A DNA stretch of 61,350 nt from Chiloscyllium plagiosum (lineage: Eukaryota). Of the stretch, positions 50,700-61,350 are shown one piece after another; the first letter of the stretch is position 1; each line of letters opens with the position of its first letter. The notes below the pieces were generated by a model, which ran no database searches, was not told the DNA's origin, and worked only from the letters and a program-made list of their open reading frames with translations. The DNA is taken from assembly GCF_004010195.1 (NCBI RefSeq), contig NC_057752.1, positions 13,294,007 through 13,355,356 on the forward strand, written 5' to 3'. The translations under genes and the position numbers were made by a program.

Positions 50700-51380
50700 C
50701 TAGTTGGTAACACACTGAGTTGGAAATGTTGCTTAAATCCCACTCTTCGACCTGAGTACACACGATCTAAGTCGCTTTTGAAAAAATTCAATTGTGGGAT
50801 GTGGGTGTCACTGGCATTTATTGCCAGTCCCTAGTTGCCCCTTGAGAAGGTGGGGGTGAGTTGCCATCTTGAACCGCTGCAGTCCATGTGCTGTGGGTAG
50901 ACCCACAATGCCCTTAGGCAGGGAATTCCAGGATTTTGACCCAATGACACTGAAGGAACGGCGATATATTTCCAAGTCAGGATGGTGAGTGGCTTGGAGG
51001 GGAACTTGGTGGTGTTCCCATGTAGCTGCTGCCTCTTGTCCTCCTGGATGGAAGTGGTGGTGGGTTTGGAAGGTGCTGTCTGAGGATCTTTGGTGAATTC
51101 CTTTGGTGAATTAAAGGAGTGATGCATTGTCAGAGGTGCTCTCTTCCAGATAAGATCTTAAACCAATGCCCATGTGTTCAGGCAAATGTAAACCATCCCA
51201 TGGCACTATATCCAGGAAGAACAGGGACAATTCTCTCTGATGACCTGGTGTAAGACCACTCAGCCTCACTAAAGTAGAGTATCCGTTCACCGTCACAATG
51301 CCCCATGAGGGGCTTTGCTGCTGCAAGACTGTCATGGTGTGAGGTTGCGAGAGGCGCTATATAAGTGCACATCCAATATT
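50700..51380 (+). mobile_element. DeuSINE-like relic interrupted by a minus-strand LINE 3' end (about 50790-51105)
   Basis: CCCATGGCACTATATCCAGGAAGAACAGGG..., GGCGCTATATAAGTGCA tail. Confidence 0.55.
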
Positions 51381-51909
51381 CCCATGGAAACAGGCTTGTA
51401 ATAGCAATGTGAGCAGGAAACAAAATGGCATTTAGTGGGTAGCAATGGAGAGCAGTCTTAGTCAGAATATGTTCAGGAATGTGGGAGCCACTCCCAGTTT
51501 CTTGGTCAGAGCCTGACAGGATGAGTCTGAAGATGGTCCACTGGAGAAACCCTTATCCTGATAATAATGATGGTGATGTTTCCTGTCTTGTCATTTTGAG
51601 GCAAGGAGAAGTTTGACAATTGGAACAAAGTCCAGCATTGCTATCAATGATCCTTGATGCTTCTTTAACCATTGACTAAGCTATAATTCTTTAACTCAAG
51701 GCCCTCCGGTAAACTTTCCAATCGACGTCGCATTCCCATGGATTTGCATCAATTCCACAGCTCAGAAACAGTTCATTCAGTTCATCTGGTTTCAAATCCT
51801 TGTGACCCTTTGTTCAGTCAAATCTCCCCTCTCAATCACTGCCGCATTTCCCTTTCTTACTGTCTCCTGTGCTACAACTGAACCCCGCCCCCCCACAAAT
51901 GCTTGAGTT

Positions 51910-52740
51910 ATCAGTGGAACAGAGGTAGGCCATTCAGCCCATCAGGTCTCCTCTGCCATTCAATGAAACAGACTCATAGAGTCATACAGCACGGGAATGA
52001 GACCTTTCAGTCCAACCAGTCCATGCCGACTACAATCCCAAACTAAACTAGTCCTCCCTGCCTGCACTTGGCCCATATTCCTCCAAACATCTCGTATTCA
52101 TGTATTCAAATATCTTTTAAATGTTGTAATTGTACCTGCATCCACCACTTCCTCTGGAAGTTCTGGAAGTTCAGTCCATAATCCCAAACTAAACTAGTCC
52201 CACCTTGCCTGCGTTTGGCCCAAATCCCTCCAAATCTTAATCATGTACTTCGCAAAATATCTTTTACATGTTGTAACTGTACCCACATCCACCACTTCCT
52301 CTGGAAGTTCATTCCACACATGAACCACCCTCTGTGTAAAAAAAAGGCCCCTCATGCCATTTTTAAATCTTTCTCCTCTCACCTTAAAAATATACCCCCT
52401 CGTCTTGAAATTCCCCCAGCCAAGGTAAAAGACACCTGCCATTCATCTAATCTATATCCCTCATTATTGTGTAAGCCTCTATAAGGTCACCCCTCAACCT
52501 CCTGTGCTCCAGTGAAATAATTCCCAGCCTATCCTTATAACTTAGAGCCTCCATTCCCTTCAACACCCTCTCCAGCTTAATAATATCCTTCCTATAACAG
52601 GGTGACCAGAACTGGACACAGTTCTCCAGAAGAGGTCATGGCTGATCTGATAATCCTCAACTCCACTTTCCTGACTTTTCTCCAGAACCTTCGATTCCCT
52701 TCCTGATTAAAAATCTCTCTGTCCAGCCATTAAGTATATT
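51910..52740 (-). mobile_element. Stacked CR1 3' ends
   Basis: Two successive tails (51975, 52178) inside an older CR1 tail. Confidence 0.85.
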
Positions 52741-54879
52741 CCCTTTCCAACTTCAGGACCCTCATGAAAGAGGCCTCCATCTCATAATTTTGCTAACACA
52801 GCATCATTTGGTGCCAGCTTTCCAGTCAGGGTGACTTTGCACTCACATTCCTGCTGGCCCTCACGGAGTTGGTGGCAGGTTGCCTGTCGCTGTCTTCAGA
52901 GTTGCCTACACTAGTTCCTACTGATACCTAGGAGCAATGGCAGAAGCTCATTGAGTACGTGCTCCACCCATTGCCATTAAGTACGAATCATGTTCCTCTA
53001 TCTTCCTAAAACGCGTTTGAATGATGAGGCTAGAAGCTCAACTCGAGAGCTGCTCAAAAAACAGGCAGCTATCAGGCAGCCCGAGTGGTGGGTCTTTAAC
53101 ACACAAGTTGCAGGCGCCATTTTCTTCAGTGAGAGCAGAGCAGTGAGAATAAGCATTGGGCCACCAGTAATTGTACAGCTGGTAGGTTTGTGCATTTACT
53201 GACTGTTAATGGTCTGAACGGCTAATTAAAGTTGCCTGAAGGTCAGATCGGAGGCTTCCACTCATTCCAATGATAATATAATGCAATGGATGCAATAGGT
53301 TACCGATGACACTGGGTACAGTCATTTTCATTGCATTGTTATCCTCCACTTTGATACTCCCATTCGGTGCTATTGGTTTGTACAGAGACAACAAGGCAGG
53401 AAACGTTTGTATCGTAATTCACGTTTGTATTATTTTAAAGATGGAATTGGATACCTTTTTGTTAGGCAGGAGAATCAAAGGTTAGCAGGTGTAGGTGTGA
53501 ATGTGGAATTTGGAACCCAAACTGATCAGCCATGAGCTTATTGAATGGGAGGACAGGCTTGAGGGCCCAAATATCCTAATTTCTACACCTAATTCCTGTG
53601 TTTGCGAGTAAACTCCTGGATTCTCTGACCTTGGTACTGATGTTGGGTTGATGCCAATGTCTCAGACAGTTTGTCCCTCCCTACCTTTGTTTTCGGTTTG
53701 ATTTGTGGGTATCATTTTTGATTTGTGGTGTTCGTGCACCAGCCCCAGAAAGTACAGGCCCAATAAATGAGACGTATCCATAGTTTGGCAAGTGGCATCA
53801 CTTTTATCACTTCACAGCTCAGAGTCCTTATCGTGCCAATCCTGAATGGGCACGTGGTGTCACTTGGCACTCCATTTGGCTGCAGCTGAGATTTTCATCA
53901 AGAGACGAAGGATCAAAGCTGCTGTTCTTAATGATGGGATTTTTGAAACATGGTAGACGGAAATCTGTGGGCTTGCATCCTGGAAGCTGTGGGCCCGGTG
54001 TTGGGATCCAGTTACCAGACTCACTTCCTGCCACCTCCCTCATCAGTTCGTTGTAGTTCAGTTTGGTCTTCAGGTGGCACACTGGAGACTCGAGCACGTA
54101 GTCTGGGACTGGCACGGCTGAATGAAGCCATGCTGGTTGAGGTGCCATCTTTCAGCTGAGATGCTAAGAGGCTCTGCTTGCCTTCTGTTGTTGATGTGAA
54201 AGATCCCATAAATCCATTGGAAGGTAATATTTCAGATGGCAGCTCTTCGGAGCAGAGGCAGACGCTACTAATGATGGTTTATAAAATCATAGGACAGTGC
54301 AGCAAAGAAGGAAGCCACTTGACCGATCAATTTGATTCTGGACTTCTCAAAAATCTTTCAGATTAGTCCTATTTCCCCCAATCTTTCGCCATATTCCAGC
54401 AACATTTCTCTCCTTCAAGCGTCTATCCAGTACCCTTTTGAAAGCTCCACTACATAGCTTCCCAGCTTGGAACCTCAATACTTCCATAAATAGATGCCTT
54501 GTCCAAACAGATAATTGCCCTTAACCTCAAGTCTTAACACGGACATGGAACATCACAAGGTGTTTGCCCTATTTAAGGACATCAACTGTGAATATCACTC
54601 TTTATGTCCGGATGAGGGGCTATTGGATATCATGGAGAGCATCACCATTGAGCCTGCAGTGCTCTGTAACAGCTGACACAGTGGCATGGCCCAGCACCAT
54701 ACAGTGCAACATGCTTGGTGGGACAGAGGCTCTAAACTCCATGACACCATGGTCCTGATCTCAATGTGCCAAAATCTAGGCAGTATCCTCTAATGGGGCC
54801 GGGAAGTTAAAGTGGGGAACATGCAAGATCATTGCTCGGTTCCTCTTACACATGTTATATAAGGATCCAGAGGAATCCC

Positions 54880-55177
54880 CACTAGAGGGCATTGGTTTAG
54901 GGTGAGAGGGGAAAGATATAAAAGAGACCTGAGGGGCAACTTTTTCACACAGAGGGTGGTGCGTGTATGGAATGAGCTGCCAGAGGAAGTGGTGGAGGCT
55001 GGTACAGTTACAACATTTAAAAGGCATCTAGATGGGTATATGGGTTTGGAGGGATATGGGCCGGGTGCTGGCAGGTGGGGCTAGATTGGGTTGGGATATC
55101 TGGTCAGCATGGATGGGTTGGACCAAAGGGTCTGTTTCTGTGCTGTACATCTCTATGACTCTATGATTCTATGACTC
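54880..55177 (+). mobile_element. CR1 3' end
   Basis: RGERYKRDLRGNFFTQRVVRVWNELPEEVV; CTATGACT tail. Confidence 0.93.
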
Positions 55178-55406
55178 AGTAACAGCGTCTATCAGATTAA
55201 TGTCTTTTGAGCCAGATTACTACCCTGCAGTAGGCCACACCTAAAGCCTCTTCTTAGAGTAGCAAGTGGTTTTCCTCTATCACTTTAGACCAAGTAAGCC
55301 CCATAGGCCCAGTGAGAGAAAGGAATGGTGGCATCTGTCCACTCCAACCACATGTTGCCACTGGTTGGCATCTTATGCTCATATTACAGCATAATAGAAC
55401 TGGAGT

Positions 55407-56158
55407 ATTTGATTTGATTTGATTTATTGTTATCATGTACCTAAGTACAGTGAAACGTTGTTTTGTGAGCAGCACAGGCAGCTCATAACATACAAGGACA
55501 TACCAATCATAGGGTGTTTAGACAGAGCAAGGCACACAAGGTTACGAGTGCACAGGAGGTGTGCAAAAAGCAAGATCAGCATTCGATTTGAAATTTGAGC
55601 AGTCCATTCAGCAGTCTAATAACAGCAGAGAAGAAACTATTCTTGAACCTGTTGGCATGTATGTTTAGGCTTTTATATCTTCTGCCTGATGGAAGCTGTT
55701 GTAGGAGAGCATTATCAGGGTAGGAGGGGTCTTTGATGACATTGGCCACCTTTCCGCAGCAACAAGAAATGTAAATGGAGTCCATGGAGGGGAGGTTGGC
55801 TTTCGTTATGGTCTGGGCTGTGCACACCACCTTCTGCAGTTTCTTATGGTCCTGGGAAGAGAAGTTGTTGTGATGTATCCAGATAGAATGCTTTCTGTGG
55901 TGCAGCTATAAATATTGGTGAGGGTTCTGATGGACATGCCAGATCTCCTGAGGAAGAAGAGGTGGTGTTGTGCCTTCTTGACCGTCGCAGCTATGTGGGA
56001 AGTCCATTGTTGGCGATCGTTACTCCTAGGAACTTGATGTTCTCGACCCTCCCCACCTCAGCTCCATTGATGGAGTCAGGGGTGTATCCTCCTCCTTGCT
56101 TTCTGAAGTCAATGATCAGCTCTTTAGTTTTGCTGGCGTTGAGGGAGAGATCGTTGCA
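55407..56158 (-). mobile_element. Rex1/Babar LINE 3' part
   Basis: LSLNASKTKELIIDFRK, KFLGVTI, LPSGRRYKS..RFKNSFF; (TCAAA)n tail. Confidence 0.9.
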
Positions 56159-56164
56159 GAGTCT

Positions 56165-56361
56165 TCCAAATGGAAACAAACCATTTATTCTGAACTCGTC
56201 CATTCCGACCAGACATCCCAATCAGTCCTCATCCCATTTGCTAGCATTCAGCCCATATCCTTCCAATTCATATACCCATCCAAATGCCTCTTAAATGTTG
56301 CAATTGTACCAGCCTCCACCACTTCCTCTGGCAGCTCATTCCACACACGCACCACCCTCTG
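56165..56361 (-). mobile_element. CR1 3' end
   Basis: QRVVRVWNELPEEVVEAGT. Confidence 0.85.
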
Positions 56362-57181
56362 CAACATAACAGAATGCTCTTCCATCTTTCCTAGAATAGG
56401 GAGTAGGCCACAGGGGGTTAAAAAATGGTTCACTGTGTCCAACAAAAGGTGAGCTTTATTTTCCCCTCAATTCTTTTACAGTTGCCCATCACTAAATTGT
56501 TTGCTCAGCCATTTCAGAGGGCATTTCCTGTAGTTCTGGAGTCTGATGCAGATCCTCTCCGAAAGGCTATGAGCAAGCCAGATAGGTTTCTGCAGTTACC
56601 ATGGCTACTGTTATTGAAGTTAACTTGGTCATCCACCAGTAGGATGTGAACCTATATGCCGGAGCCTGGGCCGTCTAGGATTACTAGGCCCCTGACATTG
56701 CCACAACACCATCATCTCTCCTTAACCTCTCTGGCAAGTGGATGGTAAAACACAGTCATGCTTCCAAGAGCATTTTCTAAGAGGTCAGGTCATGTAAACT
56801 ACGAAACTATGGCATCATCTTTCCAGGCAGCACTGAAACCAACTACCGATACTTTTCAGACCGGCAGCCTCAGGTACATTGTGCACATCTGTCAATGTCC
56901 CATAGCAATGTCAAATGAAACAGAGGGAAACCAGCAGCTAAAGATCATTAGACTAATATAATGGGTCATTTAGAATAGCAATCCCGGGTACAAAGGTGAA
57001 CACATTTGACTTATGGCACAGCGGTATTATGAAACTGCCAACTTGTGAGTGATCTTGTTTATTATGTTCGAAACCAAACAGGAGCTAAGATGGCAATAGT
57101 CATTCAGCAATCTTGATTGCTTTGTTCAGGTCCACTTGAGAGACGCTGGCACACTTTGCCCCTCAGGTGGGGCATATTTGG

Positions 57182-57399
57182 GGTGAAAATGTGTTGCTGG
57201 AAAAGCGCAGCAGGTCAGGCAGCATCCAAGGAACAGGAGAATCGACGTTTCGGGCATAAGCACTTCCTGAAGAAGGGCTTATGCCCGAAACGTCGATTCT
57301 CCTGTTCCCTTGGATGCTGCCTGACCTGCTGCGCTTTTCCAGCAACACATTTTCAGCTCTGATCTCCAGCATCTGCAGCCCTCACTTTCTCCCTGAGGG
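57182..57399 (+). mobile_element. Family A element with inverted duplication and complete hammerhead motif (57264-57297)
   Basis: Arms 57184-57261 and 57277-57355; CTGAAGA 57267-57273, GAAA 57287-57290, CGTC 57291-57294; ATATTTGG duplicated (57174-57181, 57400-57407). Confidence 0.92.
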
Positions 57400-57880
57400 A
57401 TATTTGGCCCAGGAATTGCCTCCTGCCAACTTCTTCCAGACATCCCCATAAGGTTAGTGTGGAGCCTCTTTAACGGACGGGATGGGAAATCAGGAGCAGC
57501 TTGTGCACAGTTTGGTGATAAGGATTCTGCCCCTTCAAACTCTTACTCTCCTGCTGGTGCTCAGAGAAGGTCTTTTTTTACCCCAAATGCTGTATTTTTG
57601 TGGAGGGTGGTGGGCATTAGCTGTAGGGCACGGAGCACTTTCCTGTTTCGAGCATTCTCGAGTCAGGCTAACCTTTTATTCCATTCTATCTCATGTGTTT
57701 ATCGTTTATCGGGTTCTCTTTGAAATGCATCTCTGCTATTCGCCTCCACGACTGCCTGCTGTCATAAATTCCACATCCTCCCCACTCTCTGGGTAAAGAC
57801 CTTTCTTTTGAGTTGCCAATTGCATTTATTGACCTTATTGCCAGCTTCTCATTTTAGAGGAGTCAAACATTTCGAATTAA

Positions 57881-58170
57881 AGAATCCCCACAGTGGGGAA
57901 GGAGGCCATTCGGCCCATCCCAACCTTCCAAAGGAGCATCCCATTCACACCATCCCTCTATTTCCCGCAGCTAATCCACTTAGCCTGCACAGTATGGGAG
58001 ACTTAGCATGGCCAACACATCTAACCCTGCACGTCCTTGGACTGTGGGAGGAAACCCACACAGACACGGGGAGAATGTGTAAACTCCACACGGACAGTTA
58101 CCTGAGGCTGGAATTGAACCCAGGTCCCTGGCGCTGTGAGGCAGCAGTGCTAACCCCTGGGCTGCCACGC
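57881..58170 (-). mobile_element. HE1-type SINE
   Basis: Body/head match. Confidence 0.87.
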
Positions 58171-58419
58171 ATTGAATGAATCTGAAACTCCACCTTTGGT
58201 AATCCCTCCTCATCTCTTCCTTGTGGAACATTCTGTATCTCTTCTTATTCCTAGCTGTATGTCTTCTGTGAAACACCTTGGAAAACCTTGTTCAAGATGC
58301 TATATCAAAGTAAAGTGTTCGTGAAGTGTTTAATTTGGAGTAGGCGTGTGCTTTTGTTCCAAACACCACAAACAGCTTGGTGTGAAAGCTTTATAGTTTG
58401 GGGTTCAAGTCACTTGAGT

Positions 58420-59125
58420 AGAGTAGCTTTTATTTGTCATTTCTCCCATATACAACTGATCCAGTAAAAATGAGGCATGGTTCCTACATGGACAGCATAA
58501 ACCACATGATCAGACATAGAGTGGCATAAAGTGCACAAGATTTGCAATACCTGCAAGTTACAGTGTAACGGAAGCAAGATGAATGATAGACATTTTTCTA
58601 GCAGCAATATAAAAGAATTTCATATCGAATAGAGTCTGATCATACTGTATTAAGGAGCCTGATGGCTTGGGGGAAGAAACTGTTGCACAGTCTGGCTGTG
58701 AGAGACCAAACACTCCGGTATCTTCTGCCAGATGGCAGGAGGGAGAAGAGTTTGAGTGAGGAGTGTGTGGGGTCTTCCACAAAGCTCTTAGCCTTTCGGA
58801 TGCAGCGTGTGGTCTAAGTGTCTGTAATGGAGGGAAGAGGGACCCCGATGGTCCTCTCAGCTGTCTTCCCTATCCAATGTAGGGAATTACAATCCAAGAC
58901 AGTGCAATTCCAAAACCAGGCAGAGATGCTGCAGCTCAGGGTACTCTCAATAAACCCTCTGTAGAATGTGGTGAGGATGGGGGTGGGAGCTGGGCTTTCC
59001 TCAACCTACACAGAAAGTAGAGACGCTGCTGGGCTTTCTTGGCTATGGAGCTGGTGTTGAGGGTCCAGATGAGATTCTCCGCCAGGTGGATGCCAAGAAA
59101 TTTGGTGCTCTTCACAATCTCCATG
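58420..59125 (-). mobile_element. Rex1/Babar LINE 3' part (different subfamily)
   Basis: VKSTKFLGIHLAENL.W..NT..IAKKAQQRLYFL.RLRK; LPSGRRYR. Confidence 0.88.
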
Positions 59126-59339
59126 AGTAGCAGCAAGCCTCGCAGTTCAAGGGTAATTAGGGCTGGGCAACAAATATTGGCCTTACCAGTGATGCCCACA
59201 TCCTATGAAAAAAGAAGAACCAAGATTTTGGGGTGACATAGGTAGGGGAACAGATCATAGATCCTAGAAAGTCCATCAGGTTAGTACAGAGGATTAGTTG
59301 AACTCCAGCCTGAAGGGGGACATCTTTGAGGATGTTTCT

Positions 59340-59634
59340 TGAATCCCTACAGTGTGGAAGCAGGCCATTTGTCCCATTGAACCAATACTGACCCTCCAAA
59401 GAGCATCACATCCCATCCCATCCCTGGACACTTTGGGCAATTTAGCATGGCCAATTTACCTGACCTGCACATCTTTGGACTGTGGGAGGAAACTGGAGCA
59501 CCCAGAGGAAACCCACGCAGACACGGGGAGGATGTGCAAACTCCACACAGGCAGTTACCTGAGCCCCTGGAATCAAACCCAGCTCCCTGGCATTGTGAGG
59601 CAGCAGTGCCAACCACTGAGCCACCATGCCACCC
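59340..59634 (-). mobile_element. HE1-type SINE
   Basis: Head/body/tail match. Confidence 0.9.
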
Positions 59635-59759
59635 TGCCTTTGTTGCTCCTGATACCGAATGTAACTTTTTACCCAACCTTCCACGCCAGAGGACTGTGGC
59701 CGATTGCAGTCACTATCTTGTAATGAGGATATTTTGACTTTGGAGAAGGGAAGGCAAGT

Positions 59760-60050
59760 GTAATTAAATTAACAACTGGACTGAAGCATACATGATGAAC
59801 GATAGAAGGACCTTGGTGCATGTCCAATAGTCCCTTAGGTGTCAGGACAGGTGAATAAAGTGGTAACAAAGACATCTGGGATACTTGTGTTTATTAGCTG
59901 AGGCAGAGAGTTTAAGAGCAGGAAGGTGATGCTGGAACTGGACAAAACATTGCTTACTCCAACAGCTCGGGTATAGTGTAGAGTTGTGGAGTCCACATTA
60001 TAGGAGGGATGTGACTACACTGGAGAGGGTGCAGGGGAGATTTACCAGGA
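59760..60050 (+). mobile_element. CR1 ORF2 fragment leading into a minisatellite
   Basis: DLGA.V..SL, LERVQGRFTR. Confidence 0.8.
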
Positions 60051-61350
60051 ATTGTCTGGTCTGAAGCAGGGGGGATTTACCAGGATGTTGCCTGGTCTGG
60101 GGCAGGGGGGATTTACCAGGATGTTGTCTGTTCTGGGGCAGGTGACATTTACCAGGATGTTGCCTGGTCTGGGGCAGGGGGAGATTTACCAGGATGTTGC
60201 CTGGTCTGGTGAAGGGGACATTTACCAAGATGTTGCCTGGTCAGGAGGAGGGGAGATTAACCAGGATGTTGCCTGGTCTGGAGCAGGGGAGATTAACCAG
60301 GATGTTGCCTGGTCTGGGGCAGTGGAAATTTACCAGGATGTTACCTGGTCTGGGGCAGGGTAGATTTACCAGGATGTTGCCTGGTCTGGAGCAGGGGAGA
60401 TTTACCAAGATGTTGCTTGGTCTGGGGCAGTGGGGATTTACCAGGATGTTGTCTGGTCTGGGGCAGTGGTGATTTACCAGGCTGTTGCCTGGTCTGGGGC
60501 AGTGGGGATTTACCAGGATGTTGTCTGGTCTGGGGCAGTGGAAATTTACCAGGATGTTACCTGGTCTGGGGCAGTGGGGATTTACCAGGATGTTGCCTGG
60601 TCTGGAGCAGGGGAGATTTACCAAGATGTTGCCTGGTCTGGGGCAGTGGGGATTTACCAGGATGTTGCCTGGTCTGCGGCAGTGGGGATTTACCAGGATG
60701 TTGCCTGGTCTGGGGCAGTGGGGATTTACCAGGATGTTGCCTGGTCTGGAACAGGGAAGATTTACCAGGATGTTGTCCATTCTGGAGCAGAGGAGATTAA
60801 CTAGGATGTTGTCCGGTTTGGTGCAGGGAAGATTTACCAGGATGTTGCCTGGTCTGGAGCAGGGGAGATTTACCAGGATGTTGCCTAGTCTGGAGCAGTG
60901 GGGATTTACCAGGATGTTGTCCATTGGGGAGCAGAGGAGATTTACCAGGATGTTGCCTGGTCTAGAGCGGAGGAGATTTACCAGGATGTTGTCCAATCTG
61001 GAGCAGTGGGGATTTACCCGGATGTTTCCCGGTCTGGAGCAGTGGGAGATTTACCATGATGTTGTCTGGTCTAGAGCAGGGGAGATTTACCAGGATGTTG
61101 CCTGGTCTGGAGCAGTGGGGATTTACCAGGATGTTGTCTGGTCTGGAGCAGTGGGGATTTACCAGGATGTTGCCTGGTCTAGAGCAGGGTAGATTTACCA
61201 GGATGTTGCCTGGTCTGGAGCAGTGGGAGATTTATCAGGATATTGTCCAGTCTGCAGCAGAGGAGATTTCCCAGGGTGTTGCATGGTCTGTAGCAGGGGA
61301 GATTTACCAGGATGGTGCCTGGTCTGGAGCAGGGGAGATTTACCAGGATG
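60035..61350 (+). repeat. 36-bp tandem array (about 36 units, runs off window end) derived from CR1 ORF2
   Basis: Unit GATTTACCAGGATGTTGCCTGGTCTGG(A/G)GCAG(G/T)GG(A/G) encodes RFTRMLPGLEQG. Confidence 0.97.

Noticed and set aside
53021..53215. ATGATGA...CTGA as a C/D snoRNA
   Set aside because: Boxes are far apart and I see no terminal stem or guide sequence.

Overview
Repeat-dense, apparently non-coding vertebrate DNA, almost certainly from a cartilaginous fish (shark): it carries many HE1-type tRNA-derived SINEs, CR1 (HER1-like) LINE fragments, DeuSINE/SacSINE1-like relics, Rex1/Babar LINE 3' ends, Penelope-like elements (PLE: an RT body and a GIY-YIG end), two related solo LTRs, a decayed Ty3/Gypsy integrase, several retroposon-derived minisatellites and two assembly gaps. 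I found no recognisable host protein-coding gene; the listed ORFs are transposon-derived, repeat-derived or unrecognised. The most interesting signal is a set of very short (about 90-220 bp) insertions flanked by target-site duplications (TSDs), each consisting essentially of a minimal type-I hammerhead ribozyme (HHR) motif plus a downstream hairpin. They form two sequence families. One is physically linked to a PLE GIY-YIG 3' end. Their 5' ends cluster at the ribozyme core, and several copies fold back into long palindromes. Other notable items: a 50-bp retroposon tail with a 75-bp duplication, 53-bp SINE-derived arrays, a 36-bp CR1-derived array, and an RFX X-box/ETS/splice-donor cluster in unique sequence. 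All calls are by eye; no database search was run and repeat boundaries are approximate.
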